Source: Phoronis australis
Taxonomy: Eukaryota > Animalia > Phoronida
Assembly (NCBI GenBank): GCA_002633005.1
Contig: NMRA01000044.1
Coordinates: 1,069,731-1,133,730 of the forward strand
Direction: 5' to 3'
Length of the DNA: 64,000 nt
Numbering within the stretch: the stretch's first letter is position 1; every line of letters starts with the position of its first letter. Below are positions 12,366 through 26,400 of this stretch, piece after piece. The notes beneath the pieces were generated by a model. The model was not told the DNA's origin. It was given only the letters and a program-made list of their open reading frames with translations, and made no database searches. Position numbers and translations under genes: made by a program.

Positions 12366-14962
12366 TTACCAACGACAACATCAAGAAAAGGTTTGTTGGG
12401 CTTGGCCAACCCTAAAATTGCAGATTGGAAAACGTAGCAGTTACAAATTGCCTGCGACTTGAACTTCCTCCTCATGCGACAATAATTTATGATCGGGTCA
12501 CCATGGTTACGTTTCTAATCCCCAAAACTCTTAGATTTCAACATTCAACATTAACAGCTAAACAAAGGGGCAAAGCAGCTTAAACTTTGGTGAATAACGA
12601 GCAACCAACGTACGCCCCTGCTAACTACAAATAAGATGCCTAAGCCTCAAAAATTTCACTGCAGCAATACTACAACCTTCAAGCATCACTCACTTGTCAC
12701 GATGACAAAAGCAAACTTATATTGCACTTACTGCCGTTCATCACACAAAGGTAGCCTGAAATTCTCTGAACACCAATCACAGTATATTGAATGAAGACAG
12801 GCAGAGCAGCCACTGCCACAAGGGTTTGGCTTTTTCACTGGTCAGTAAATGACATTTCAATCAGCGCGTAGAAATATTCACATCAATTGCTACTCTTTTA
12901 GAAAGGTCACATTAGCATGACTGATTTAACGCAAAGTGTAATATACAGCCACCTTCTGATATTCAATATCTTCTTTGAGATTACCTACCCTATTATGAGA
13001 TAAAAAGCAATCAGCAATCAACGACTATATTGAGAATCATAAATAGAAGGCCCTAGAGCTCAGCCGGCTGCACAGAATTATGTCGCCTTGGATTCCGCAG
13101 TTAAGTATAGATTTTAATAACAGTGTTTGCTGTACTTGTATGAAATAATTGGTCAGGAGGTCCTCATTAATAATACACTCCTATAGAACGAACACCTGAG
13201 AGCACAAACACACCAACAGTGGTCTAATTAGCTATGCATAATCATTACATGATGTCCCCTGCCACTGTAACACATTCTCACATTCGGGTTCATCATTGTA
13301 CCCTATAGAATAAGTGCCACCAAACAATACTAGTACTTGTGCTAAAATAAGAACGTTTCACAAATTATAGATTTGTATGAATTTGTGTTTTAGCTGCGGC
13401 CGGACTACTCCATAACAGTGAAGTTAACGCCATTCGACTACCGCGACCCTTTTGACGGCGTGCCAGTGTGCCACCAAAAATTTTAAAATCCCATTAAGCA
13501 TTATATGCCGAGAAAAATGGGTATCGTATCTTTGAAAGAGAATAATTTGGGAATAGTTATAACTCTGGCGGTAACTCAGACTGATTCCAACCTCAGACTG
13601 TGATAGGAATTCATTCTCATTGCGACAAAGAACATTCACGGTATTTAAAATAAAAAAATACGAGCTACTAGTACCGCAGCTAGCCCTTCCTAAATTTGAC
13701 CATGAATAAGTTTAGTCTTTGGAACTGATTCAAGTGGAGGATGTTTTGTGCTCTTGCAATACTAAGAAATTGTAGAATACTCCTCATCCAATCACAGGCA
13801 AGCGCTGTTGAACAGAATGTTCAAATGGATGCTATTATGGCAAAGAAATTCAAGTTACATTAAGTAGCACTTGAAAAGAAGCCCAAGCTTAAAGTATCGC
13901 CATGACAACCACAACTTGCAGCCAGAAATTTACCACTTGCACGCTTCATTATATCACCTGACTTGGAACCCATAGTTTCCGTTTTGACAAACTTCCAACG
14001 TCGGCAAACATTTAAACAACGAGCACCAACAGCAACTGAGCAACTGCCGAGCTTAAAGAAAGTGTTTACATGTCCGCCCGGTTTCGTTACTGTGAAAGGC
14101 TTCTTATAAAATCCGTCAACCAAAGCCTATTCACATACAAGGGGAGGGAATACTGCCAGTATGCACTCATCCAACATGAATAGACACGAGTGGATGAACA
14201 TTAGACTCATCAATATGCTACACCAACACTTGAATAACCATTGCGAAAATGACCCTGAGAATATCGATGAAACGACCTTCTATTCTCAAAAATAAACTTC
14301 CCACGGTCATGTTTTAAAAGACTAAAGTGCCCGTCTTGCCCGACACAATAGTTTTTTCTTAGTCCTGAGTGCCGACGTTTCTAAACCTATGTTGATCAAA
14401 TCCTCTTTTGGATATCCCTGCTTTCAAATCTCCATTTTGACCAAATCTTCGCTTCTAATAAAACATCCTGAGCAAATACCAAATGAAAGCCCCAATTGAC
14501 AAATGTAATCCTTTTCGGATCATACCTTGAGTTGCCCGGGGCAATAGATACATGCATAAATCTACCTTTTTCAGATCAAACACCTGGGATCAATAGTTAT
14601 TTCCTTATCAGCCGGTCTTGCCATGAACAGTTCATCCTTATCAGCAACTGTTATCAATAAGGTACACAAGTGTACTAATTGGTGGAACAGCAAACACAGT
14701 GAACCTATCAATGTATTTCACAGGTTCTGATCAGCAAGGCATTACATAGACACACCACTATCGAATAGAACAGTTTCTAGGCAACAGAAGAGAGCAGACA
14801 GTTTCCCTTGGTCACCACCTAGGTGATCTCATGCACAATTCTCGTTTCTGTGATTGAATACGTTTTTTTTTCTCACAAGCTGCAGTTCTGTTCTCTTCAA
14901 TGCAATTCTCTCACAAACTAACTTTTCCTGCATGAACCGCAGTTCTATTACTTTCTATTTAG

Positions 14963-15326
14963 TACGGTAATAATTGCCCAGTTTGGAACAGGAAAAATTA
15001 ATTACTTAACCTTGTGGCAAACTTCAAAAACGGGCAATATTGGCTATCCTAAATTCAAGAATTACGATCAACAGCAAACGAATTACCGGTATTTAACTTC
15101 AATTTACACACTATGGGAATGCATGAAAATAACGCATCAGCCTGTATTTTTGAATACCCGGTATTTTAATTTTTAAGAACTGACAAGTCCCTTATCAGAC
15201 TGTAGATACCAAATGCAGTGCCTGATATTTGAGAAATATGACGAGCACCAAAACTGCTGTGCCAATATTCAGAATCAATAAAATTTGATTTCAGCTTAAA
15301 TTGCGGTGTCTCAAATAATTACTGTA
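14963..15326. mobile_element. MITE family A-related copy (degenerate)
   Basis: tacggtaataattgcccagtttggaacag ... tgtctcaaataattactgta; interior resembles 10159-10403. Confidence 0.5.
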
Positions 15327-15539
15327 GGTAGCAGGCTTATAGCATACATGGAGAATAATTGTACAGGTCACTAGCTGAGAGCATGCCTTAACACTAGATG
15401 GCGTGAAAGCTACTTATTGAGACAGGATAAACCCACGTGATTCCATAACATTTTTACAAGGACATGACTTCGACGTATATACAAGTTTCAATGTCAATGC
15501 TCCATACCACACAGCTAATGCCCCATATACATATAAAAA

Positions 15540-15770
15540 TAATTGCAGGCGGTCTGATACACATTGTACCAGACGTGCGCAGGCCTCGCATGTGGGCCCA
15601 TTGCACTGATTACCTGGAAATATGTTTATGCTTTATTAATATGTGGTTAAAACCGAGATGAGGAGCTAGAAACCTGAATCAAGGGTTTAGCAGTGTGACC
15701 TGGTGGGACTCGAACCCACGACCTCGAGTAAAGAAAGCGAGCACTTATCAACCAGGCCATACTGCCTCCT
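15540..15770 (-). mobile_element. tRNA-derived SINE
   Basis: Pol III A box TGGCCTGGTTG (15749-15759) and B box GGTTCGAGTCC (15706-15716), followed by a body shared with 18738-18987. Confidence 0.75.
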
Positions 15771-18737
15771 CCAAGGCCCCATATACATGGAAGACAGTTG
15801 TCACAGAGCAACTAACACAGAATAGCTGATCGGGCGCAAGTGCCAGATTCAACACGACTGACACGGAGCAAGTTGACACCGTGGCAGCCATTTTTGGCAC
15901 TGGTTTGAGAGGTAGAGCGAGTTGCACTCTATTAGTTGTTCCAGTTTCAAACAACACATCCTAGACAAACTGGGGAAAGACAGAAGGGATCATGGAGACA
16001 GCCTACCTGTAAATGACAGATTCTGATCTAGTTTACCTTCTAAACGTCATGTAAATGGGACTAAAGTGGGGCCAGTTACACCGCATCATAACAACTCGCA
16101 CTGTGACAATTTTTCTATATAAAAACAGCTCAAATCTCGCAGCACATTACTTAGTAGGCAACTCGATAGTTAAAACACATGGCATACTATGAGCAATGAG
16201 AAGAGCTATTGCATTTCAACAGTGTTGACAGACATGATAAGCAGCAATTGCTAATTATAGTTTAACAGTCTCTAGTTTGGTAGAGATTGTGAGGAGCCTG
16301 AATATACCAAAACTGTAGTGTAGGTGTGCAAATGACTCAACTGCGTCATTTTATCATCACTTGAGAATGAAACGAGTATGTTTCGAAATATCGTGTGTCT
16401 TTTTAATTATGTCGCTAGGTCAGTTACTGTATCTATGTTCAGTAGAGAGTAGAGTTTTGTTCAGAAAGTATGAACGCAACGGAATAAAGACCGTGAAAAA
16501 TGAAAAGTGTCGTGTATTCAACAAATTCTGTATAACAGAAAACTTGCTCCCGAAGTACAGTCAAATGACTCAACTGGGCACAAATGGGGCTCATAAATAA
16601 TTGCAGAAAGAAAAAAGAGATTTTATGAAAAAATGACTACTTATCTGACTTATCTATGTATGCAATAATCACTGTGCATATATTTTTAACAACCTGCAGG
16701 TCACATGCTCAGTAGTTCACTCATGGAGAATTATCTAACTCCATCTTTTTGATGAGAAATTTGACATTCCTACAGTACTAAGTAGGAGCCAAAAGTAATC
16801 AGACAAAATGACCCAAAATGCCTCGTCATGACGACTGGGCGCAAGCCAAATTCATTGTCATATTTGTCTTCCAAGACTGAGAAATAAAGGGAAGTTATTA
16901 AAGTGTTCAACTGTCTACAATTAGAATTTCACCTCCATAACAGTTATTACTGTTAACAGAATTAGCCATTATACGAGAATGAAACGGAGTTTTGTCTCTG
17001 ATAACTTTTGTGCTGCAAGCAATGGTATCTCTTAACTTGTTAACCATGCCTTTCCAGAAAAAAGTTAGTCATGGATGGCCTGAGAATTTATTGGGAAACC
17101 AAATTTGGACACCCTTAATTATTGAAATCCTGGACGAACCTCTGAAACCCGAAAACAATAAATATTGCTCTTGAAATAAAACACAGTAATATCTCATCAA
17201 TTTCCACCAAAAATAATCGAGAAAATTTTTCATTTTTAACGACTACTAGCAGTGTTGCAAATGCTCACATATTCTCAGATCACTGTTGTAAGCCATGTTT
17301 GAGAAATGTTAGCATGTATTAGTCAGAAGTTGGCGAAATTTTGGACAGAACACAGTTCCTTGGCTAACACTCACTGGTGGCTAAGAATGGCTCTCCATTT
17401 CTTGTTGAACATTCTGTCCTTCAATACATTTAATTAGGACATTGACAGGAAGGAACCATGAAGAACACTTCAGTCTCCATTCACTAACACAACAATGACA
17501 CTGAAAGGATTGTTATGTAAACATCTGACCTATGGTTATGTATTGACAGGGGTAAACATAGACCTTGGTGAGAGCCATGAGATAAGGTGAGAGGCAAATA
17601 TTTCTGCAGGTGACTATAGCAAAATACTCCACAACACAGATCAGATTATGTGGCCCGAAATGACCGCAAGGAAATATTTTTCAAACTCTATATTTGAAGT
17701 GGCAATATGTTAATCTGAAACACATCTTGTTGAATAGAGTGATTAATTTAAAATAAACAAAAATAAATTTAACAAGAACATTTAATTCAGTACGTTCAGT
17801 TATCAACACTATCAGTAGGTGAACTTGATTTGACCCGATTTGCAGAAAAAATAAGTGGCAATCAACTGCAGTCTTTCTACTAGCTCATATTTCAATAACT
17901 CCGTTAAATTGTACAACACCGATAAAAGAAAGAAACGTGATAAAGTCAAAGACGTAATTACCATTGGTTATATTACAACAACACGTGAACTAAAACTCTT
18001 TTATCGATCAGCATTGTACAAAGAAGATATCCAAACCAGTTTGGGAGGTTTCCCTCAGCAGAAGCCAAACAAAAGGTGGGTTTTAATGCTTAGAGTCTAT
18101 TTTGGTTTCAAACAGTAATAGGTAAACACACTTAATTGGGCGAGAGGCTGTTGAATGTTAGCGGAGAAAGGACTTTTGTTGGGCTGTGTTTTTGTAACTT
18201 TGCAGCTGATCAATATTCTATTGGTACTTGGGCAGAGACAGGCTCAATGCTTCAGTGGTGATAGAATTGATTTGACACCTTTCCAAACTTGAGTTTGGTG
18301 ACAATTGGGAATATACTGAGTACGCCAGAACTCGAATACCTTGCCACCTGAGCGCCATTCGAGATTTTTAAAGACCGCAAGAAAAGTAAAAATGTTTACG
18401 TTATGATGAACTACAAAGCCAGAAGTTTTTCAACTACACGGCTTTAAGTATCACCGTGGTAACACGAATATTGAGGCAAACGACACAACAGTTCTTATCT
18501 AAAGTTCTGGTATTGGCAGCTTGAAGCAAGAATGATTTTAAACATGTAATTTGCATGATGGGCAAATCCTTAAGGTTTTATAGGACAGTTTATCAAGAAG
18601 CTATGAAGCAGTAAAACTTTGTTTTTAAGACATTGCCATAAATAAAACGCTTGAATATTAATTCATATTTAATTTCCAATACCAGATTACATAACTTGAG
18701 TTTTTGTTGTTACAGCTTGTTAAATAATAAAAAAACA

Positions 18738-18987
18738 GCGCAGAGGGTCTGATACACATAGCATCAGACATGCGCAAGGCACTCAGTTGGGCCCATTGCG
18801 CCACACACATGAAGCCATCTATTTTTCATTTACTAACACAAGTAGCATATCTAGACATGTAAACAAATTAAGACTGAGGACCTAGAGACCAGACTCCAGG
18901 GTCTAGTGGTGGGATCTACTGGGATTTGAAGGTACAGTGTTGTGAACAGGAGGCAGACACTCAACCCAACAGGCCACAATGTGTCCT
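18738..18987 (-). mobile_element. tRNA-derived SINE, degenerate second copy
   Basis: Shares ggtctgatacacat...gcgca...tgggcccattgc...gaggacctagagacc...tgggatttgaa...aggcca with the 15540 copy. Confidence 0.65.
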
Positions 18988-19104
18988 CTAATAAATAAAT
19001 GAATAGCATGCAACATTAAATTTCCCATTGACATCATACCTAACAGAGAATAGGCATAAACACAAAAGGAGACATGATTATATGAGACTTACATCTACTA
19101 CTGG

Positions 19105-19217
19105 GCAACAGTGGGATATAATGTGCCCGTATTCTGAGAACAAGTATGATGCCTGTTAATCAGTGGAGAAAACTGGTTCTCAAAATGTGGGCACGTTGTT
19201 TATATCCGACCATTACT
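19105..19217. mobile_element. Palindromic mini-MITE family B
   Basis: Same hairpin core with outer arms ggatataa ... ttatatccgaccattac. Confidence 0.7.
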
Positions 19218-20492
19218 GTACATTTGAGTTATTTAAAGAAGAGATTTATCGCCTCACTTTAGTCACATCAATTAAATTTACATGACTGCCATCTAGTGAA
19301 AAGCAACTTAAGTAGGTGACCCCATATTTTTCTAATTTTACTAACATAAGGGCATCAAAAAATCAAAAAAATAACGATGTAACTTTTATGTAGCTTTTCA
19401 ATCACTTATTTCACATTTTTCCTTGAGGTCCCCCCATTTATACTTCTGTATCCGAAAAACTAATTTGGTGACCCTCTCCCCATTTTGTAGACTTGTTGTA
19501 CCGTAGACAAAGACCAAAGCATGAACATTTAGAGGAATTAGATGCTAAATCACAAGTGTCGAATCCCCTTAAAAATGCCACTTCTTTCAATGAAACTGAG
19601 CTTACGTATACTATACTTTGGGTCATTTTTATCAATTTCAACTCTGCATCATTTCAGTACCATTTAAGAAAATTTACAAGACGATATATTGAAACAACAT
19701 CATAGGCAACTGGCAAAGATGTTTCACGAACATTTTATGAGATTTTAAACAAAAATATATAAAGCACGGTAAACCTTTATCAGACGTGGTAAAATAGTCT
19801 GCTGTCCAATATATAAAACAAAAAATTAGTTTGCATTCAGCAATTCAGGGTTTCAGCGAAAGCAGTATGACTACACCGGCTACAATGGCTGCCAACTTCA
19901 AAGTAAGATACCAGTAAAAGAAGACCGAAGCTGTTTATAACACAAAAATAATACCTAGCAGCTCCATAAACAAAGCAAAACCATAAAAAACAAGATGCGT
20001 TAGCTTCCCATATTTCACGACTTAAATCAGAATGGCAAAATAAACCGAAAATACTCAACACTCCCCCATTGCATGAAATGGGATGTCCCGGGGAAGTAAT
20101 CACATTACCAAAAACATCATTCAATATACCTTTATAAAGAAGAATGAATGCATCGTAAATGCACATGCATCGGACTTGTTGCTAAAACTTGCCAATACAA
20201 GAAATAAATATCAAAGTAAATATCCATATCTCTTAGTCATGGCCATTAAACACAAAACATTTCCAATCCATCCAGCTGTTTTATATTCCATTTACCATGA
20301 GGAGGTATGCAACTATACACTAAGCTTACTACAGAGTAAAGATTAACAAGCCTATTTGCTTCCGTGGCTCTCAGCATTTGATCAGGAGATACAGCAGTTT
20401 ACAACAATTTGAAAGTATTATATCAGATTCAGATATGAACTCCAGCTCTTTTATGTTCCATACCTAACGGTGGTCTTTTGGGATTTGTGTTG

Positions 20493-20592
20493 GTAATGGT
20501 CAGATATAACCTGCAAATTTTGAGAAACAGTTTTCTCCACTGAATAATGAGCATCAAACTGGTTCTCAAAACGCGTTATATCCAACTATTGC
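20493..20592. mobile_element. Palindromic mini-MITE family B
   Basis: gtaatggtcagatataac ... gttatatccaactattgc around the hairpin core. Confidence 0.7.
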
Positions 20593-22669
20593 CTTGTTGT
20601 TGGTAAATGGGCCTAGTTTTCGCCCACTGCGCTATACCCAACGACAGACAGATCCTATTGTAATAAATATGTGTAGTTGAGTTTCTTCAATTTAGATAAC
20701 AACAGGATGGAACAGTGAAACTTAATTTTATCAAAATGTTTAACAACTAAACAGAAAGAAAACTTGACTTCATTATTTGCCCAGTACCAGCTGCCATAAA
20801 CAAAACCACAATGGAGTTTTGGAAAAAAGGGAAATTGCTATTTTGGCAATTATTTTTACTTGAATTACAGGAAACTTCACCAAACCAGAAGAGATAAACA
20901 ACGGAATGAACGAACACTACAGAAATCTCCTGACACGTAAAGTGCCAACAAAACACAATGTTTTACAACTCATTGGCAACAACACTAACACCAACCCTCC
21001 TGCGGAGAACTGCACATCACAAAGTCAATCTAAATTTCCCATAATTTTGAAAATGAAAGATAATCAATTTTGATTAGTTCGTAACCAAAACAAAATCCAG
21101 GTAAATCGGAACTTCAATCATCAAACTTTATTATAGTAGGTTAATATTTTATATTTGAAATAGCATGGATGCCCCGAGGTACAATGAAAACTCATTTATT
21201 AATTATGATTTACAATAAGTCGTGCCAGGAACTATTTTATCTGTATTAGTGGGGATCGGGGTCATTTTGCAATTCAACTCAATTATTCAAACTAATAACA
21301 ATGAAAGACACACGGACCGGGGGTTCAGATATAAACAAACCGGCAAGTTAAATTCAAGCTCTGACTAGGATAGAAGTCAAAATTAGAAAAGAAAAAAATA
21401 AAGTATTACCGGTACAAATGTTATCAGACTAAGAAGCAACTGCTGCAAAAGATTCCTGGCCTGAACTGTACTGTGACGCTAGTGTTACACAAATCACTTT
21501 TGACACCAATTTAGTCCGAAGCTACACGATACTACGGATATTAAATTTCAATAATATCAAAGATATAACTAGCATACATGTCGACCGATTAAGAACATTA
21601 CCTCGAAGATTTTGAAAAAATACAGTTATTTCAGGAAGAATGCATAAGGATGGTCGAAGGTAAATACGCAACTTAGAGAACTGTTTGAGAAAATCCAAAT
21701 CCAGCATTTTTAAGAAATTATACTTTAGAGATACTTTTGAAACATCTGTAAGATTCTTTACTTACGGTTTTAAATGCCGTGAACTGTGTAAAAATTACGG
21801 TTGCTCCGTACGAGTTGAAATGTATGAAGTAGAAGCAAATTATCGTTGCAAGTTCTACATTCGTTACCAATAGCTCTGCCGTTATGGGTATCACACAATA
21901 TCAAATATTTATAAATTTTGGGCATTCACAAATCACAACAAAGAAGTCCTAGAAAATATCGAAACGGGCAGCTTCAGCAATAACCTTTAAGTCTGAAATA
22001 CCATGAAAGCAAACTTACAGATTAGGCAATTACATCGCCCTGAATGCTGAAGGTATACCTGCTAACCAACCAACAGAGGGGCTAACTTAATTGGAGAATA
22101 CCAACTAGCAATAAGAACTGGTTTCATCTACTGAATAATTGATATAGGCCTAATTCAGCAATTGCCAGATTCTCAAGATGAGCGATGATCAAGTAAGTAA
22201 CCTTGTCAATTGAGAGTAAACGTTACAGTACAAATAATGCACTGCCACTGGATTTGACAATTTAGTTTAAAAAATAAAACTTCAAATTCAACTCTTAAGC
22301 CAAGGACAGATGAGCATCGAAATGAACACTTAATCATTTGTGCACGACTGTATTCCATAATTACTTTATAGACAGCTGTGAATTGTTAAACAGAAAACAA
22401 CGCAGACAGACACTGCCGACTAGGCCTACCCATATGAGTTGGCAGTAACTTGTGTCAACAGAACAACCACTGCACTGCGAGCCAGGGTCCGACTAAGGAC
22501 TGTTAGCGATAAACTAAAGGCGTTCTGTCGAAAAGTTTGGTTGTTGAGTTCAACAGTACAAACAAAAACATACCTTTATGATTTTCGCTCTGGTCTGTCC
22601 TCATAAAGGTTTTGTGTGATCATGAAATTGATATGAAACTAATCCCCATCTCCCGTCCCGCGAACACCG

Positions 22670-22868
22670 GAGGCCATCTTTGTTCAGATTTCCTTAGATT
22701 CGTGACGTCAGTACCAATAGAAGGCGCTTTCAAACCGGAAAAAGATGTCAGCTCGTGTAAACAAAAGCATGTGTCGCTTCACATTGATAACTATTCTGAA
22801 GATAAGTTTGGTAACGGTGAAGAAAATTTTAGCCACATCATTACGAAACCACGTGTTCCACCGCGAGC
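22670..22868. promoter_or_regulatory. Putative bidirectional promoter
   Basis: Lies between divergent first exons. YY1-like GCCATCTT 22673, CRE TGACGTCA 22703-22710, CCAAT 22714, ETS CCGGAA 22735, GCCACATCA 22832, CCACGTG 22849-22855. Confidence 0.55.
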
Positions 22869-23449
22869 ATGTATGGGTGCATAATTGCTCGGATTTCTGC
22901 TCTTTTTTGTATTTTTGTATTAGCAACAACGACAAAAGAGGCAGAGCAAAATGTTGAAGTCATAAAAGTTTTGCCGTCTGAGCTTGACCCGAATAGAGCA
23001 CAAAATTTGAAAGATATCGAGGAAAGGGAAAAGCTTTTGAATCTCCTCAAGCATGATGTTCACTCAGAAAATCTGGAGTCTTGGCCGCCAGCGCATGTGA
23101 AGGAAAATGATTCGGCAGAAAAATGGCCGGGACATTTAAAACCCATCGGAAGTGTGGGTAGAACAGGAGAGCCGCACATCTATATTGGATTTCCAGATGC
23201 TGAAACTTTCTGGAGCAACAAAAGCCTCCATTCATCGCCCTCGTTATTTGGCAAAGCCGTGACAGACAGCAGTGCTTTTAAAAACTGGAAAAACATTTCC
23301 TATTTTGCGAAATTTCCACATTCTGCCACAGTATGGGTTGATGCAGTACTTTTGAATGGAACGAGAAGAGCTGTGTCATTTAGGAATTTTGTAAAAAACA
23401 CTGCAGGAAACCATCATTTTCTTCAACAGAATATCCTGTCATTTCTTTT
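22869..23449 (+). CDS. JmjC-KDEL gene exon 1 (signal peptide, PGHLKPIGS motif)
   Basis: ATG at 22869; donor TT|gtaagt. Confidence 0.85.
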
Positions 23450-26400
23450 GTAAGTACATGTACTTGGGCTCTTCTAATAGTTTTCTCATTCATTGGTTTC
23501 CCTCGACACTGAGTTGGAACTCTTCTGAAGCGACCAGTGGCCTCACTGATGTCTCTTGTTAGCACCTAGCTACGTGTTGAAATACTCAACTTCCCACCAT
23601 TGTCTTCATAAAAAGAACCTGTTGTAGCATCCAACAGGAACACCTTTTCGCATGAAATTGACATTTACATTGAATACCGGCCTAGATCATATCATTTTCC
23701 AGTGACATTACGGTGTTTTCCTGTTGCTCCCAACTTGTTCGATTCTATAGCCCAACAACAAGTTGAGAAGTTTACTCCTGTAGCCAATATCTTACACGAG
23801 TGATTAACTCCATTCTGGCATTCATGGTTGGAGGGCCAGCTCTCTTTTGTTCGATAATTGCTCTAATCTTCAATAAGATCTTATCTAGCCTGACTGGGCT
23901 GTGCTGTTAAAAATAAAAGTTAAGTTATAACATATTTGAACATAAACCAATAGCATTTCGGAAATCTTCGTTAACTGGTGATCGTGTTTAGTTTTTGAAT
24001 TGCCAAAATCGCCTAACTGCAATCGAAGTTACGACAATCTATTCTTTCCGAATACACCAATTCACACTGGGTTTGACTGTGTTCACACGTGGTCTGTTAT
24101 AAGCCCGGTAGATAATTGGCCTGCTTGTTGTCATAACTGACAAAAGAGTGTGCTTGGCAGTTAACAAAGAAGCTAGATGTTATCGCACGCTCAGAACCCC
24201 CTTTGTCTGGTAAAGTCATTGAACAGGAAAACGCCGTCATGTTTCCAGCGAGTCCAGACAACTTATTTAGATATGTCTTTGGTGTTGCTTATATCACAAG
24301 TCAGGCAAAAATAAATGAGCGCGGTCTGCAATCCTTATCGGGAAAGCAGCCAAAGTCAATTTGATTTTACATTTACATAAAGCCAGGTATGGAGAACCGA
24401 TTTTTATGATTTGGACACCAATTTGGGTCACTTTTTCATCTTCAAAATATTTGCGGAATCATTAATTCTTGAAAATGTATGTTTTTCAAATAGCTGTTTT
24501 ATACTTCTATAGGCAGGGTTACGTGTTATATTTAATGACCCTGCTCCCAGTGCTCGATAAACTGTGTTGGTGCATGGAAATACATTTGTTAACCAAAATT
24601 AAGTCTGCAAGTGAGTGGGGTGTAATTTGTAAATTCAACTTACTGATCATGATGAATCTGTCTTTTATTGGGGGGAATTAACTTTTGATTTAGACTACTT
24701 GCGTACTTACCACTACAAAATTAGTGACCTGTCAATATTGAGACCATGCTTGACATATAAAATGACACGCCATGATACGTCAACTTAGAGCATCCAGTTA
24801 GTTCAAAGACCAGAAATCACACCCATTTTGACTAAGGAACAATTTGCGGCCAATTTCATGACGGTAAGTAGTTTAAATCAAAAGTTGTGTTTTAATATTA
24901 TCGATAGGTTTTATAACCATTATGAGTAGCTTACTGTCTGTCATCACGTTTTGATTCAAGTACTGATTTTCAGAAATGAAATCAACTTGCCACCTCTTTT
25001 GGGATGTGACTGTTTGAAAAAGAGTTTGTCTAACCATGTGAGTATTGAACTTGAATTTGTTTTCCAAGTTGAATTTGATACCAAGTTACGTACACGCACC
25101 TCACTTAATTGTTGTTGAGATAACTTTAATAGGTATTTACATTAATTATGATTATAATTACATAATAAAGAATTGTGTAGTATGATGCATCATGAAATTC
25201 AAATATGTAATATTTAAGAATTTTTTACGAAAACTGGAGTATTTATAAGCAAGTATGTACTGGAAAATATATCAATTAAGTAGACGGAAGGCAAAAATGT
25301 CAACATGTGCTTTTATGATATTTTTTAGTGATTTTTTTATTTCAGAGGCTTTTATTTAGTTTATCAGAGCTCCATGGTTCATTTAAACGTAATGAAGGGC
25401 ATGCTCTCACATGCGTAGCTACTGGTAGCCTGGATCTTGTATTTACACCACCGACGGAACTGGTTAGTGAGGCCTGAATGCTGCTAATGTTAGTTCGATA
25501 ACTCATTTAACTTCTTGACAGTATTACATAAGGGTAAAGTTCAGTAAAGCTAGGACCTCATTAAAAAGCAAGACTTCGCGAGATAATGTGAGACATTGCC
25601 GTGTATTTTAAATGAGAACACGTGATTTTGGCTAGATTTTAGCAAGGTCCTAGCGTAGGTCCTAGCGTTACTAAAACTCTACCTGGACTCTGTTCAACTT
25701 AGCAAGCAGTATGGCAGACATGTTGAAAAACGTTACATCATCATTAGCATGATTTTTAACGCATAACGCTTAATCGTCGTGAGAGACCGTCCCGAGTTGG
25801 TATGTGGTGCAACTCGGGACGGTCTGGGGTCTACAGAAAATCATAGTTCAACTGTGAGTCTACACCAATGTGATAAACGAGAGTAGTTTTACTTGCTGCA
25901 TCAGCTGCTGGTATGCTTATCTCTTTTATGACACACAATGTGCGACTGGGCAAAGCGTTTTCAAAATAATGTGGATAAATCAGTGGAGTGTGAAACCCCT
26001 GAGGTCCCTGTCAAGTCCTCACGGCAATTTTACGTTATGGACTAGCACCCACATGTATAGAGTACAACATGGCTGACAAGTTCAGTGTGTCATGACAAAT
26101 ATTAATTAAAAATTTTGATCATCTGTAGCCGCAGTAGCTGGTTGCCTTTGAAAAGTAGACAACTGATAATTTTTGGCAATATTTTTTGTGCAAAAGTAGA
26201 TGGGAATTGCACACTGTGTGTAAACAAATGAAAATCAAATTAGGCCTTTTCAGTCGTGTATAAAAATAGTCCTTTAAAACTCAATACTGTTGTAAGGATT
26301 CTATTTCTGTCACGAACTTGAGTCAAAAGCAATGCATACAAGCCCTATTTTCAAATTCGCAATTTAGGATTTATTGGGCCAAACCTGGAGGTGTTTTCTT

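Larger units (their letters stand above)
7935..22604 (-). other. Putative spliced minus-strand transcript (lncRNA or 64-aa microprotein gene)
   Basis: Exon 22574-~22690 ends AAG|gtatgt. Exon 12031-12129 has a ctatttttctttgtttcag acceptor and gtaagt donor. The terminal exon starts at 7999 (gtttcatttcag). Phases 1-1-1 join into one ORF, ATG 22604 to TAA 7935. Confidence 0.5.

Noticed and set aside
15700-15770. Possible tRNA gene
   Set aside because: A and B boxes are present, but I cannot form a full cloverleaf, and it continues into a body shared with a second copy, so it is a SINE head.
5750-22570. snoRNAs or conserved miRNAs hosted in the minus-strand transcript
   Set aside because: Scattered TGATGA motifs lack properly placed CTGA boxes and terminal stems; only seed-length matches to miRNAs I recall.
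24514-24611. Candidate exon 2 of the JmjC gene
   Set aside because: Ends in the wrong phase and lacks the LPxxLxC motif found in 24974-25037.
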